Of a stretch of 64,000 nucleotides of DNA, positions 36,501 to 46,029 are shown piece after piece. This stretch comes from Schizochytrium sp. TIO01 (taxonomy: Eukaryota > Protista > Bigyra: Labyrinthulomycetes), in the NCBI GenBank assembly GCA_004764695.1, contig SMSO01000037.1, positions 3,448,747 through 3,512,746 on the forward strand, in the 5' to 3' direction. The stretch's first letter is position 1. Every line of letters starts with the position of its first letter. Position numbers and translations under genes: made by a program. The notes beneath the pieces are model-generated. The model ran no database searches. It saw only the letters and a program-made list of their open reading frames with translations, and was not told the DNA's origin.

Positions 36501-39500
36501 CCGTCGTCCTTGCGAAGTTGAGACTCAATTTCCTTGACTGGAGCTCCACTTAAAATAAGACCAGCAACACGGGCTGCGTCAAGATCCCATCTTGAAGCCC
36601 CACCACACTCTTCAGCGAGTTCAACAAGCCCTAACCAGCTTGCACCATCTAGCGGCTCAAACGCATGTCCAAGTGCTCGTGCAGCATCCATTAAAGAACG
36701 CTTGCGATATTTCTCATCAGATTTGAATAATGCAATATTTGCGTGGGGTAGAAGACGGAGCAGCGAGTGATTATCAGAAAGAGCTTTGCAATTTTCACAA
36801 AGCCTTTGTGCTAAACGATGTAAATCATCATCCTTTTCCTTCAGAGTAGGAAGATATGAGCTAAGTCTCCGCAAGACCTTAGATGGGGGTTCTTGTAAAA
36901 TTGCAACAGGAGCATCGGAACTAGCCGTAGCTGCAACCGCTACGGCGCGAAGAGCGCTATGAATGATTTGGGTTTGTTTTGAAGAAGCCTCCGGAGATTG
37001 CATAGCTTGTTGAAGGTAGTCGAGACATTCATCTACTTGCACAATAGCATCTGGATTATAAGAAAGTATTTCAGCCAAAGCCATTGTGGCCAAGTGCGGA
37101 TTATGTGCAAGCTCGGATGTGGCCCAGGCAACAGGGCAGGCACGCCTTAGCTTGCGGAATGAAACCATACCGGAATCTCCTTCGAATACGCTAACCCAAG
37201 GTAGGTTGGCCAGAGCAACATCTGAGTTTTCAGGCGTTTCAATTGATTCCATAGTAGCCAAGGCGTCCCTAGAGGTTTCACCATCTCTAGCAAGAAGAAG
37301 AGCATGAAGTGCATACTTTTTCGAGTCATCAAGTTGTTTAAGGAGACCCGAGTTTGCCAAATGAAGACAAGCTTCGGCAGAAACTTGTGCAGTTCGCTCA
37401 ACTGCAGGTGTTTTGTTGCCTTCCAAAAGAACATTTGCCTTTTCAACCATAGAGACTACAAGGCGTTGCGCTGTTTCAAGATCATGGTGAGAAAGAGCAG
37501 CCTTGAGAACGCGCAAACGAATAGAAGCTGATTGATCAGGAGCATCTAGACCCATCAAATACGCAAGACGCAAAAGTTTGGAGTCACTTTTGTAAAGCGT
37601 TGGGTTGGCTTCGAGAACCTTGTCAATAATCTCTTCTGGGCTCTCTGAGGCAATAAACATACGGACCTGCAAGGGGACCATTGGAGCCCCCAGTTGATTG
37701 CTTAGAAGATCGAGGATTTGTACAAGGTTGGCTTCAGTTTGCACACGTTGAGAAGCAGCGAAAGGAAGCGTCTTAAGAACCTGTTTAGCTTTGGCCATTT
37801 CTTGACTTCCGTAATCTGCAGAACTGTTAAAATACTCCTGAGAAACCTCAATTACAAGTTCTTCCATTTCCTCACGCGATAGAATAGAATTCTCACCAGC
37901 AGCTTCATCCATGTCAATGATGAGTTCGTGAGCCACATCGAACTGGCCTGCGCGTAATAGTGTGAAAAGGCACTGCCGAGCAATGAACCGACGGGACAAG
38001 TAGGGAAGAGCCTTACGAAGACTCCAAACTGCAGCCAATGCTTGATCCCAGTACTTGCGATCTGCGCCTTCGTGTTTTGAAGCTTGATCAAGTACGCGCA
38101 AAACCAAAGCAGCTCCTGGTTCCGATTCAGCCCTCTTAGAATTCAAGCCTGCAGATAAAACTTCATTTCTATCATCCTCTGAGACACGCTCCTGTTCTGC
38201 TGCCGGTGTATAGGGTCCTGACGCTTCGCTGTGTCCATCGCCAATCATCCATCGAGTATCCTCAATATTTTGGTCATTGGTCATGAGTTGTTCTAGGGTT
38301 TTACTTTCTTCTTGGGGGATTCCTGACGCAAGTAGCTTCTCGGCGCGCCGGGCTTCATCAGCTTGACAGCAATCAACAAAAAATTGTAAAGGTACAGCAG
38401 AAGCAAAAGTCTCAAGCTGCGAGTTTACATCCAAATGGGTATCTAAGAGCTCTACTCGATCCTGAAGCGCTGCAAGGGCTGGGACCTTGCTCTCAATCTC
38501 CGGTTGACGAGCAGGCAGAGACTGGAAGATCTTATCAAAACTTGTGCGAGCATCGGGTACAGGACAAGCATAACAGCAGGCAAGTGCGGTTTCTATGAGT
38601 GCTGTGGAGAGTGGGATCAGCCTGTCTTGACGAGGGAGACCGCCTTCATTCACAGAAAGTGGACGCGACTGATAAATCACTTCTGCGCAAAGAGCAATAC
38701 CTTCACGCGCAGAATCTAAATCCCAAGCAATATAGGCTCCATCGTTAGACACAGGCGTCCCAGAAACAGGCATGTCACGAGGATCTTCCAAACCTCTTGA
38801 ACGAGCCCGCAGGTAGCGTCGAACATGCCCCAACCACGTAATCAATGGGGGAGGTTGAAGATTTCGGTACCATGGCAGGGCACGAGCAGACATGACTTTG
38901 ACGATACTATTAGACGTTGTGCCATCCAATGCAACACAAAGTCGGGCATATTCGTCCATCATGTTCCAGCTTGAGAGGGTCAAGGTGTCCCTGAGACCAG
39001 TTTGGTAGACAAGGCGATCAAGATCTCGCGTGTTTTGCACCAGGAGATTGAGTTGGACTCCAGCAGGATCAGCAGCGCAGGATTCGAGTCGCACATTCGC
39101 ACATTGGCTCAATTCGAGAGCTAAGTCGAGCATGCCACTAGCTTGGTCAATTTCTAAGATACGGTGAGTGTACCATTCTGCAATTGTTTCTAAACGGGAC
39201 ACAACAAAAGGGAGAGGATCCATGTTGGCGATAGGTTTTACAGACCCATCGGCGCCGAGAATTTGGTATACGTTGGCACTGATCGTAGGATCATACGCAG
39301 GTAGAATGTCGGCATATTCCATGGGGCTAGTAGTCTCGGGAAAGCAGGATAGTACTGAGAGAAGTTCTGGAGCAAGATCCACTGGAAAAGCCGAAACAAG
39401 TTTATGCACTGTGCCTACGTGTCCCTCTTCAGCAGCTTCACGTGCAATGCGAGCTATGTCCTGAGTTCGAAATATTGAGAATTCAACAGCCTCGTAACCT

Positions 39501-41395
39501 TGTTCACCACGAATAGCAAGAAAAACATCCAAACGATAACGAAGGTTTTCAATTTCCTGCATTATGCTTGTCTGTGATTCAGAAAGTGAAGTTTCACTTT
39601 GAGTACATCTTTCAATACCAAGATCGAGTAGTGCGCGTACTGCATCTTCCGAGGAGGGTAATTGGTTGACACACTGATCCAATACCCAGTCAAGGTCTTT
39701 CACGAGTGCTAAAGTTTGGCGAATGTGCACAGTTGTCTTGGGAGATGCGTTTTCCCACTGCGCCTTCGTCATCAAGTCTGCATCTAAGCCAAAGTTATCT
39801 AGCAAAATCTGCGCTTGCTCAAAGTCCGCTTTTTGAAGGTAGTGCTTATAAAGCTCCGGTGGACTGCGTCCAACAATTGCAGATAAGCGGTAATGGCGTA
39901 ACAATAAATAACCACCTTTTAAAATAGTCGCGTTTGGAGGCCTTTGCTCGTCCTGAGGTATCCATTGTTTATCGCAAGTCAAGGCAAATGCCAGCGCAGA
40001 ACTTGATCTACTTCCAGCTGCTGCAAGGCTCATGGGTCGACTGAGTCTACTGTCAAGAGTTTCTACCAATAACGAAGTCTTTGGCAATTGATCTTCAAGT
40101 GGAACAAGGGTGAGCTTGCCATAACTTGAAGATGTTTCCTTCTTGGCAAGAATCAAATGGTGTTCATCCCACCAAGCAACATCTAGAACTGTTTCACCAA
40201 CATCCGAACGTGCGACAACTGCATTTCCTAGATCGGTAGGTGCCGCAGCGTTAAACTGAAGACCCGAATAGCGCACAATGAGACGCCCACCACGCGTAAG
40301 GCTAGCAAGGTACTGTCCCGTGGGTGACAACGCGAGCTGCACCACGCGCTCGCGCTGGGGAATTCGCGATATGCCGAGAGGGGTTAGAAACCCTAGGGCT
40401 CCAGGCGGTGAAGGGTCCCCGGGAGCGCGAATAGGAAGTTCCCGAATCCTTTCGAAATAGGGAGCAGAGTCCAAAAGTAAAATCAGAAAAAGATTCTCAT
40501 CACATGCCAGGGTGAGCACATCCCCGCCTTTCGGACCAAAGAAAACATCGTCTGACTTAGTTTTCCAAAGTGCAGTCCTTTGAACTGCCCCACCACCAAT
40601 GTTCAAAATTCTTGAAAACTCCACACCAGGGTTGCCGACAAAATATGTTGGTGGTAAAGGTCGAACATCGGGTTCTCCACTTACAGCTACACGTAGAATA
40701 CACGCTTGATTTGAAATAACAACAAGCTCTGATGATGAGCGAAAGTGGATACTAGCAACAACACCATGTTCTCCGCCAAGTTCAACAAGTTGACCGACCT
40801 TTGAGACGGACTGTGTTGCCACATTTACACGCAGAACAATCACTTGTGCTGATCCATGACAACAGCAAGCAAGCAGATTACCTTCTGTATTCCATGCACA
40901 TTCATCAACTGATTTTAACAACTTGAGGTCCACGTCGACAGTTCTTGCATGACGGCCTCCAACAGTAAAACACACGCCAACTGAACCAGCTTGGCGTTTC
41001 GCAATCGCGCACAATCCATTGTTTGTAGTTGCCACTCGCCACTTCAAAGGCTCTTGTAAATGCTGATCCGGTTGAGCACCACCAAAGAGGAAACGTACAA
41101 GTTGTGCCCACACAGTAATGCTTTCTGCCGCAAGCTCTTCTTCAGCTTCCTGAAAAGCTGCCGAGTTCATTTTGTCCTGACGAGCCTTCTCTTCTGCAGA
41201 AAGTCGCTCAAGCCCAAACATATGACCTCCACATTCCGGATACCATCCGTGTCCCACATCGTCTCTCGTCGCCCTGTACGCAGAAATCAGAACCAAGACA
41301 ACATTATTTTCAGTCCGGTGCCGTGTTAATATAAAATTCGAGATAATTGGATCAACACCAGGCTTAACTTTCGTCAGTTTCTGCAACACATTCAT
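27566..41395 (-). CDS. NBAS: Giant Sec39/NBAS (NAG, plant MIP2) homologue, ~4600 aa: N-terminal beta-propeller, Sec39 helical region, ~2250-aa acidic tail with Trp-acidic repeats
   Basis: 13.8-kb uninterrupted ORF. WD-like strands (CAWNTEGNLLA, LALSPTGQYLA, DVAWWDEHHLILA) and NBAS signatures LSCFPETTSPMEYADILP, WYTHRILEID...LDLALEL, EYFNSS, PLQVR. Start uncertain (ATG 41395, 41221 or 41170). Confidence 0.88.
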   Translation of the reverse strand: MNVLQKLTKVKPGVDPIISNFILTRHRTENNVVLVLISAYRATRDDVGHGWYPECGGHMFGLERLSAEEKARQDKMNSAAFQEAEEELAAESITVWAQLVRFLFGGAQPDQHLQEPLKWRVATTNNGLCAIAKRQAGSVGVCFTVGGRHARTVDVDLKLLKSVDECAWNTEGNLLACCCHGSAQVIVLRVNVATQSVSKVGQLVELGGEHGVVASIHFRSSSELVVISNQACILRVAVSGEPDVRPLPPTYFVGNPGVEFSRILNIGGGAVQRTALWKTKSDDVFFGPKGGDVLTLACDENLFLILLLDSAPYFERIRELPIRAPGDPSPPGALGFLTPLGISRIPQRERVVQLALSPTGQYLASLTRGGRLIVRYSGLQFNAAAPTDLGNAVVARSDVGETVLDVAWWDEHHLILAKKETSSSYGKLTLVPLEDQLPKTSLLVETLDSRLSRPMSLAAAGSRSSSALAFALTCDKQWIPQDEQRPPNATILKGGYLLLRHYRLSAIVGRSPPELYKHYLQKADFEQAQILLDNFGLDADLMTKAQWENASPKTTVHIRQTLALVKDLDWVLDQCVNQLPSSEDAVRALLDLGIERCTQSETSLSESQTSIMQEIENLRYRLDVFLAIRGEQGYEAVEFSIFRTQDIARIAREAAEEGHVGTVHKLVSAFPVDLAPELLSVLSCFPETTSPMEYADILPAYDPTISANVYQILGADGSVKPIANMDPLPFVVSRLETIAEWYTHRILEIDQASGMLDLALELSQCANVRLESCAADPAGVQLNLLVQNTRDLDRLVYQTGLRDTLTLSSWNMMDEYARLCVALDGTTSNSIVKVMSARALPWYRNLQPPPLITWLGHVRRYLRARSRGLEDPRDMPVSGTPVSNDGAYIAWDLDSAREGIALCAEVIYQSRPLSVNEGGLPRQDRLIPLSTALIETALACCYACPVPDARTSFDKIFQSLPARQPEIESKVPALAALQDRVELLDTHLDVNSQLETFASAVPLQFFVDCCQADEARRAEKLLASGIPQEESKTLEQLMTNDQNIEDTRWMIGDGHSEASGPYTPAAEQERVSEDDRNEVLSAGLNSKRAESEPGAALVLRVLDQASKHEGADRKYWDQALAAVWSLRKALPYLSRRFIARQCLFTLLRAGQFDVAHELIIDMDEAAGENSILSREEMEELVIEVSQEYFNSSADYGSQEMAKAKQVLKTLPFAASQRVQTEANLVQILDLLSNQLGAPMVPLQVRMFIASESPEEIIDKVLEANPTLYKSDSKLLRLAYLMGLDAPDQSASIRLRVLKAALSHHDLETAQRLVVSMVEKANVLLEGNKTPAVERTAQVSAEACLHLANSGLLKQLDDSKKYALHALLLARDGETSRDALATMESIETPENSDVALANLPWVSVFEGDSGMVSFRKLRRACPVAWATSELAHNPHLATMALAEILSYNPDAIVQVDECLDYLQQAMQSPEASSKQTQIIHSALRAVAVAATASSDAPVAILQEPPSKVLRRLSSYLPTLKEKDDDLHRLAQRLCENCKALSDNHSLLRLLPHANIALFKSDEKYRKRSLMDAARALGHAFEPLDGASWLGLVELAEECGGASRWDLDAARVAGLILSGAPVKEIESQLRKDDGVTRLLEQRAATQSMLSKLWRGIDGTNYEQLLIVENLMLRALDDDSNEEEHKRLKDRRAFLRRIEKLAYHPNAKLFLCMPLAENETVDRETALVEIDRLMDKKNVKRLAKLLSSNVECLPKLRPSEIVLHFCCHLLGVGSSTMDQNSQVPRNLLTEVTQSAAMAGRQTYKSSCAELVHILVPIDIVSLAQRCAALGGMLDLLDLDLRETIIQDCRTALLSAINRKPVDNADELLATLNQAGAFLQGIRFLLENLDLDRPNSTQLINNLEKSGLSADLIQMAFEGAALSGGCSAEVLVHACAAMEMSPVTMFHDISNHVLNQPDTSMDEISALVSITSYLIDLQSDDERATGESMLRALREFTSESSSEKLRIDVLKLLSLAGLDQDGDQELMQNLKALRSVQDIWPLTLTSDIHIDQVGSVQQRCELLKDLGCPEDATSRLRAAHLLLEWEALSAEKLPFGDFYHSVQFHAQKVASGLITKYVSPEVPLSSQVDFTSRLSAYSEVWEGLFQIAAENNEKEFLNSIRYSIDGIALLSEAAENDLSQTHDLPVFGLFSGYYKVRTSAETSLWKQDAIDLDNDDDLVQLVLVTCILTTVPSELLQPLSERSLKLSQFSNISSQPLAWSPIYLALIFCLRGEFVEAGQVILHANNTPKLMCSGSAWHVALRHAIMQASLCEIQGLGWEFAAELASVALMRFNESCCQDRQESSSFLSFLKQASKVVESHEEVESGDNWDDSWDNEDANARLDVQSNVAKIDPGKSEVNSISGWQVEDDDLDFGEGDKSLTKETLIQSALQNTTQTADTNTGWGGDDEDNLDFEEDDKGSAGETLNQSAMRDPVHASTITGSGTGWGKDEDEDLSFEEDDKASAGESLLQSAMRDPAQASTDAGTGTGPGWGDDKDEDLSFEEDDKGSAGESLLQSAMRDPAQASTDAGTGTGTGWGEDEDEDLSFEEDDKGSAGESLNPSAMRDPAQASTDAGTGTGTGWGEDEDEDLSFEEDDKGSAGESLNPSLMRDPAHASTDAGTGTGPGWGEDEDEDLSFEEDDKASTGESLLQSAMRDPAQASTDAGTGTGTGTGPGWGEDEDEDLSFEEDDKGLAGESLLQSAMRDPTQASTDAGTGTGPGWGEDEDEDLSFEEDDKASTGESLLQSAMRDPAQASTDAGTGTGTGTGPGWGEDEDEDLSFEEDNKASTGESLLQSAMRDPAQASTDAGTGTGTGTGPGWGEDEDEDLSFEEDNKASTGESLLQSAMRDPAQASTDAGTGTGTGTGPGWGEDEDEDLSFEEDDKGSAGESLNQSVMRDPTQASTDAGTGTGPGWGEDEDEDLNFEEDDKGSAGESLNPSAMRDPTQASTDAGTGTGPGWGEDEDEDLSFEEDDKGSAGESLNQRATVDSVQASRVIGTSSGCDQDEDEDASSGGDVSNCLTSHTSHTFSEHQDQIPNSIEGNYLEDKRSVHDNKLRLDGNNDDETTTEKKCIQTTMDGAVVEDYLPSTTSGWPNGDEDGSDLDFSEAGESSLRPEAISSPSQTDMETLKLVASGQQNVNFNVAKDFKTNMAPNDDPPVTEEGQASNVVDDESDFDMNGSSVVMDFSKEGAGDSMVHSSASIIANGRPQKEDADLSIEEPKSSNDDLCLQDDLISRSQDQILETNEAGGEQIGKYPGSSLTRCVNNSEGKETSHMESDVPTFEVGESKTVSNLAAQTSTSSDATGWASKGEDDLDVVEKIYSGPNDDSAQSLMSTGAQALAPLGGAGWVDDDDADDVEFDQEASGMYESSLQDEGHKEGEALHVDQASRLSSMLSADWVDDGSDEDDTDNAHFTSESGNQKSFPIYPPANISSENTAEDSEVDIDELLEFSGQKESYTESDLQVALNSSSWEDESDDLNFGREDPELSEEVEVVDDSDKINREEEPYSNDTADEYSSDKEPGWESDQHDFHADIDSKLSEKELTVSSVEEAVEAGQVALFSNDHDAAVAQNSENEQNPAENAIQDFITTSFQSGVTGCLEHEEPKDKPAETSSIQGDDEHKNSLAKFVGLGKQEEQEEEEDAFHQSEVIHENEEHDGITKLSCEQKKCDEANAEVQVAKDIDDKEASEAAKEISSLNVSYPPVHASGEVSEVSKSSFDDSVSNAEGPEPPLSSVTIVSNHQMRSMVEDEGYIGLSDEGEEPVKKVEDCEEFGNNQNSLNTIADNADDSCNPKEAPSTDVNESGLFDQGCEALKDRQISKGGWDDQSSLGDIDEEDAVVDGTSQEASNDTTYEGELFEQDDDLLKESTGVEGGWEDQSSLGDIDGDAENCDTMKATNNDAKQAEVFQPDDESLKDSKKSERAWEDQSSLGDVDAIDADSVQVSSTDAPAVTFLRDDTSRGVTRHSTSDLSDGLVQTAITGESSGWQDNESDIDAGSVSSRSSHASVTVRQMPSSEAEISTGRDVEYHSFPAETMHGAPSAENGANASGDIDDLAIGGNASTMDRLARGLEGIDLSQDFPSPSSADHSSPAEGATGHSNSSQEDLAGEGTASSFQEHQHVASTDHDGGLESSEIQHRVTSTNAGGAHGGADHNASEVTFEERRQGFFEDENADEEHSSSESNLDRTSEEVRELGTIVADENGDTNEARLAREDVAHDEVHEDDIHQSAGVEAGMELEQRQHEGGVAFEEHDPVSEIGTLTDNYGGEDDAEEAHSTTTAGEPAESGDFGSPRLLSVHARQQLREHFNAGEGSASSPFATYGGGNVNYSDDDAEAAAINASNSIAADNTENSAVEGVEARNSSSTAEDGAQETSDFGGTLTVRAGGSTGEELNGLEQLENSNDLVDAGEQTFANTRQRGGLEQSVHDVVVNEADPGDAWGLNDDLDSDGSDYEISTFGVPLGEAESNGHEETREFLHSASEQGRNLGGDVTRSQAARPHRTQSGQLPYDTTDFERLAESSHQESSAEVSPNLVASFMQEHELHREASAQSAGDQESGERGDNDNSNLANQSGWEDEDLDL
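29490..29850 (-). repeat. Three diverged ~150-bp coding repeats (W[DE]DQSSLGD[IV]D) in the NBAS tail
   Basis: Motif cc(c/t)a(a/g)actactctg(g/a)tc(t/g)tccca recurs near 29511, 29658 and 29811. Confidence 0.8.
32270..34200 (-). repeat. Coding minisatellite: 13 units of mostly 135/147 bp (45/49 aa, GWGEDEDEDLSFEEDDKGSAGESLLQSAMRDPAQASTDAGTGTGP) plus degenerate flanking units
   Basis: Anchor ttcgccccaacc at 32411, 32546, 32681, 32828 etc. (periods 135, 135, 147); 13 GWG motifs counted in the translation. Confidence 0.95.
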
Positions 41396-42805
41396 CCGAA
41401 ATTTAGACACTTTGCTTCAAATCCCCCACTGCTACAAACGGATTTTACTCTGCTATCTTCCGACCTTCAATGCTGGTGCATCAGAATAGTCTTCCCGTCT
41501 GAAGCACATCGAGAGAGTGCCTAGACGAATACGCAGACAGGATATTGCCAAATTCAACCTCGAAATCGCCAATTGGACTAGAAGGTGCCTCAAAAGCCGA
41601 GGGGCTCAAAATACGAGGATAAAAAGAAGACAGCAATATCAGGCCGCTTGCACTAAATTCATTGGAACAAAGAAGCCCAGGCTCGACAAAGTGCTAAACA
41701 TGTCGAGGCCAAGTGAGGCGCTTGCCAAGAGCGTCTCAAAGGTCGCAAGTCAGGGCTAGCGACCTTCGTGAACTCGTCCTGTGCCAGTCTGGGCGGCATT
41801 TTGGCCGAAGAAAAACTTACATCCTGCGAGCATCGCCTACTACCTTGGGATCAGACGACCCAATGGAAGTTCCTGCCATCGCATCCAGTTGCATCGTGGG
41901 CCCTTGCGCCGCAAGGTCTTTGCGCCAAAGCGGATTTGCCTGCAACCTCAACTTTCTTCAACAAGTTTGTTCAACAACATGATTTTTTGAGAGAACTTCA
42001 AATTGTTATGAGGAAATAATGATCTTGTCCGAAATGCTTCTTTTCATACAATATTACTGACTTTCTTTCTTGAATTTAGGACAAGGCGGTATTTTATATC
42101 ATCTCAAGCATCTCTAAAGTGAGTTTAGTATGGCGTACTTAATGTCTCCTCAATCTCAATTCTGAGCTACTTTCAATATCTAGCCTACCCTACATAGTTT
42201 AAAGTCTTTGCTCTCCCCTGTCTGTCGTAAGGCAAGCTATCTTGGGCCTATCTCCACGTTTGCCTTTGTCGTTCGTTCATGAGTGTGGGTGGCATGACGA
42301 GACTGTGCTTCATGTCATAACTATGCCAATGTGGTTAAGTTTGTCTGATCATTTAATTATTTTTATTTGTAATTAAAGAATGTACGTACGTACATCATGA
42401 TAATTAAAGAATAAAGAAGAATGAATAAGTGCTTTCTAAGCGGCAAATCCAAATCCAGAGCCGCTAGATCCGAAACTCCGAGACGAGAGACGGCTCGAGA
42501 CACACAGAGGCCGCGCTGTGGCGGCAAGGAGTTCGCTCGACGGAGGCTCAGACCCGAATCTGCTGGCGACACCGAGGATTTTGCCTCACCGTGCTAGAAC
42601 CAACGGCCTAGAATAGAGGGACTTAGGCTGTTTGGCCCAAGTATCGAGGATCTCTGCTGTACTTGTGAGACTAGGTTCACAGATCAAAACTGATTCTGTG
42701 TGAACATCGACATCGTGGGATTCGAGATCTACAAAACATCAAGCAACTTGGGCCGGGAGAATCTTGGGGAGCATTGTTTATTTCGGTAACTAAATAGTTG
42801 CATAA

Positions 42806-44449
42806 ATGGAGGGTGGAGATATGAACAGTGAGCGGGCAAGACCGCTTCTGCTACCGAGCGAGGATAGTGACGAAGATAGTTTTCAGCGTACGCGGCTAAC
42901 ACCAGTTGGCGCAGAGCTTCCACCGTCACCTAACGGCACTTCTGCTGGCCTGAGAAACTCAACATCTGATTCGCAACAGCCTTACAGCCAATTGGGGGAT
43001 CTTGAGGATGCACAGAATACCACTGGTGAACCCTCTCCCGATGCATGGTGGCACACATACAAGTACTCATATGCAGCGCTTACTTTCTTAGGTTTCGTGG
43101 ATGCTGTTGAGTATGGAGTAGTAATGCCCTCATTGTTTACTTACTTGCTTCGACTCGACGATGGGACCAGATCTGATCGCGACATTAATTATCAGTATGG
43201 TCTCATTATTGCTATATTTAGCTTGGCATCTCTGGCTAGTAAGCCATTAATTGGCTATCTTGCTGACAAAAGACCTTATAAAGAAACGATTATTTGGTCC
43301 ACGATGATCGCTATCATTGGCAACCTGTTATACTTTTCTGCAGATTATTTTGTGAACATGTTTGGGGACCATCGTCATGCGTTTGTCTACCTTCTTACTG
43401 CACGAATTTTAGCTGGTGTAGGTTGCGCAAATACATCTCTGGTGTTCTCTTTTGTGGCAAGAACAGTGCCAGGAGAGCGGCGGACGAAATACATGACCAT
43501 CTTATCTATGGGCAAGATCTTTGGATTTCTCCTAGGCCCGGGTCTCAATCTTATCACGGCTCATATGAAGTTTACGTTTGGCAACTTTCATGTTGATGAG
43601 TATAATGCCCCTGGTCTTTTTGTAGCACTTGTACTACTCGCCCTCATTGCCCTGCTTTTTGGAGTGCTAGAAGAGCCTCCTTCGTACGATATAAATGCTG
43701 TAGGACGCAGTGAGTCTGAGATTGCGCAATTAGGGTCGGTTTGGCACTTGTATCGTTTGATGTCACTCCCTGTTCTGTTGAGCTTTCTCAATATTTTTTA
43801 TTACAACTTTCTTATTGGATGTGTTGAAAGCTTTGTGGTTCCTTTGGCGACTATTGCCTTTCAATGGTCAACCATTCAAACCTCTTATATCTTTCTCGCA
43901 ATCACGGCTTCTGTGTTGGTCAACTCGTTTCTGGTTATTGGCTGTAGTGGACGTATTGAGGATCGCACATTTCTCCTTGTTTCAAGCCTTCTTGCTATTG
44001 CTGGGCCTTCTGCAGTGCATTTCCTCTTCTATTATGATATGCCGGTGTGGCAATTTTGGTGTGGCACGGTCCTATGGGCACTGCCCATTTCCTTGGCTAT
44101 CCCTTCAAACCGTGCGCTATTTACACGTCTTGTTGAGGAATCCCATCTGCAAGGATTTTTAAGTTCGGGGTTGAGCGTCTTTGCTTCATTGGGAGGAGCT
44201 GCAGGCCCAGCATTTGTTGGGTTTACGCTTGGAGAGCGCCCAACTGAGCCAGAACATATTCGAGTTGCTCCGATGACTGTGTTGGGTGTATTCATTGGTG
44301 GTACTTTTATTTTCGTCGCCAATGTGCTGGTACTTTATGTTTTACCATCCAAGGAGCCAATATTGCGAGCAGAGGTACGCCCAACCACAAACTACACATC
44401 TGATATGGATGAAGACGCTTCTGAGGAACAAGCTCTTCAGCAAGCTTAA
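42806..44449 (+). CDS. Major facilitator superfamily transporter, MFSD8/CLN7-like (probably lysosomal/vacuolar)
   Basis: About 12 TM segments; VVMPSLFTYL, PLIGYLAD, ARILAGVG, GFLLGPG, VDEYNAPG; acidic N-tail with dileucine-like ERARPLL. Confidence 0.88.
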   Translation: MEGGDMNSERARPLLLPSEDSDEDSFQRTRLTPVGAELPPSPNGTSAGLRNSTSDSQQPYSQLGDLEDAQNTTGEPSPDAWWHTYKYSYAALTFLGFVDAVEYGVVMPSLFTYLLRLDDGTRSDRDINYQYGLIIAIFSLASLASKPLIGYLADKRPYKETIIWSTMIAIIGNLLYFSADYFVNMFGDHRHAFVYLLTARILAGVGCANTSLVFSFVARTVPGERRTKYMTILSMGKIFGFLLGPGLNLITAHMKFTFGNFHVDEYNAPGLFVALVLLALIALLFGVLEEPPSYDINAVGRSESEIAQLGSVWHLYRLMSLPVLLSFLNIFYYNFLIGCVESFVVPLATIAFQWSTIQTSYIFLAITASVLVNSFLVIGCSGRIEDRTFLLVSSLLAIAGPSAVHFLFYYDMPVWQFWCGTVLWALPISLAIPSNRALFTRLVEESHLQGFLSSGLSVFASLGGAAGPAFVGFTLGERPTEPEHIRVAPMTVLGVFIGGTFIFVANVLVLYVLPSKEPILRAEVRPTTNYTSDMDEDASEEQALQQA

Positions 44450-45216
44450 AAATTTGTTGACAGGGGTCGTCGATCTTTGGTTGATATTTTCATCGATTTT
44501 TCATTTTTTCATTTTTTCATTTTTTTTTCCTTAAGAATTCGACTGGAGTTGCAGCTCTAGGATTTTCCTTGGTTTTATGTTGCGGTCTGGATGAATTAAA
44601 ATAGTTTAGTTAAACCCAAGGCATTATAAGAAATCAAAAGTACTGAGTTAAACATTGCTAATTGGACCATTGTGTCGCTCCAGTCCTAGCAAGAAGAAGA
44701 CTTATAACAAATATAAAATCGCAGGAAAACAGACACAATAAACTTTTCATTTTTGAGTTTGTGCAATTTAAACCTCCCGGTTGAGTGGACTAGTATTATT
44801 CCTTCTTTTTGAACAACCAATTGAGCGGTGGTAATCGGTGTTGTGTCTAACAAAGAATTTCGGCTCTTGCTTGAAAGGACGCTTCGAACAAGATTACCTA
44901 GCCATTGCTTGGACCTCGAAACAGGGATGTTGAAGGCTCGTCGCATGTCTTCCACATGTTTAAAAAAGAGATCGATAACAAAAGATAACGCAAAATCAGT
45001 AGCAGGCCAAAGGATTATAAACACAGTTGCAAACTCTGCTGTCTGTCGCGGGAGGAGGGAAGTTTACATTCAAGATGGCCGGGTAATTATTAATGAAGGA
45101 AGGTAGCTTTCCCTCGATACAGCAAGCTTGGCCTGCTCATTTCAGATAGAACTCATGCATGGGCTAACATAAACCCATGAGTGCCTTGTATGCCAATGAC
45201 TAGGTAGGTAAATGCA

Positions 45217-45924
45217 TCAATCCTCGGTGCAAAGGGCCTGAAACTTTGCCCGCATGCTGCGGACAAATCCTGAAAAGTCGTTCGTAGCGTTAAGCTTTCG
45301 GATGAGGTCTGAGATGCTGCCGACACCGGGTTGAACCTGCTCCACGTGGTAGCAATCGTCCTTATCAACAAAAATAACAAAAAAGAATACCCGCTCGGGG
45401 TCACGAGGATCAATCTGAGTAAAGGAGAGCCTCAATCGAGAGTTATCCTCCCTGTGGAATTCGAGGCCCAACTTCTTGTACAGCATTGCTCCACGCGTAA
45501 GCTGAGCCACGCGGTACTGCTGAGAATTGCGTTCATTGACAAGAGCCTCTTCCTTCTCGCCAAGCTTGCTCAAGAGCTCCCCACGTCGATCATTTGCAGT
45601 TTGCATGGAGTTCTCGGCATCCGTATAATTTGATCTCAGGCCTGCCAACTCGTCTTGTAGTGTAGCCACTTTCTTCTGCTGAGCTGCCAAACGCTGCTCA
45701 TTAGCCCAGCTCATTGATGCGAGTTCTTCACGTTCTTTAGCAAGGTTCTCAATTCGCTTGCGCAAGTCTTCAAGCCTTTTTTGTGCAGACGATGCTTCTG
45801 CAGAGGTGGTTTGGGCAACGTCTTGGCAGAATTCACGCACATGATGCTCACGGGAGTCCAGCTTTGACCGCAAAGAAGCAAGAGCACCACTCAGCATCGA
45901 TCCGCTGTCACCCTCAACAGCCAT
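45217..45924 (-). CDS. SPC25: Kinetochore Ndc80-complex subunit Spc25
   Basis: N-terminal coiled coil followed by RWD-type head: YKKLGLEF, LRLSFTQIDPRDPERVFFF, LNATNDFSGFVRSMRAKF. Confidence 0.92.
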   Translation of the reverse strand: MAVEGDSGSMLSGALASLRSKLDSREHHVREFCQDVAQTTSAEASSAQKRLEDLRKRIENLAKEREELASMSWANEQRLAAQQKKVATLQDELAGLRSNYTDAENSMQTANDRRGELLSKLGEKEEALVNERNSQQYRVAQLTRGAMLYKKLGLEFHREDNSRLRLSFTQIDPRDPERVFFFVIFVDKDDCYHVEQVQPGVGSISDLIRKLNATNDFSGFVRSMRAKFQALCTED

Positions 45925-46029
45925 TTTAAGAGGCTGCGTGGATATTCCGACAATCCCAGTTTTACGTCGCTTTGCAGGGCGTGAATTTGTAGACTGATTT
46001 ATGACATAAGCGAGGTTTCATTGACTGCT

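Noticed and set aside
41517-42019. Overlapping short plus-strand ORFs between NBAS and the MFS gene
   Set aside because: All under 90 aa, non-ATG starts, no motifs; likely promoter/UTR sequence
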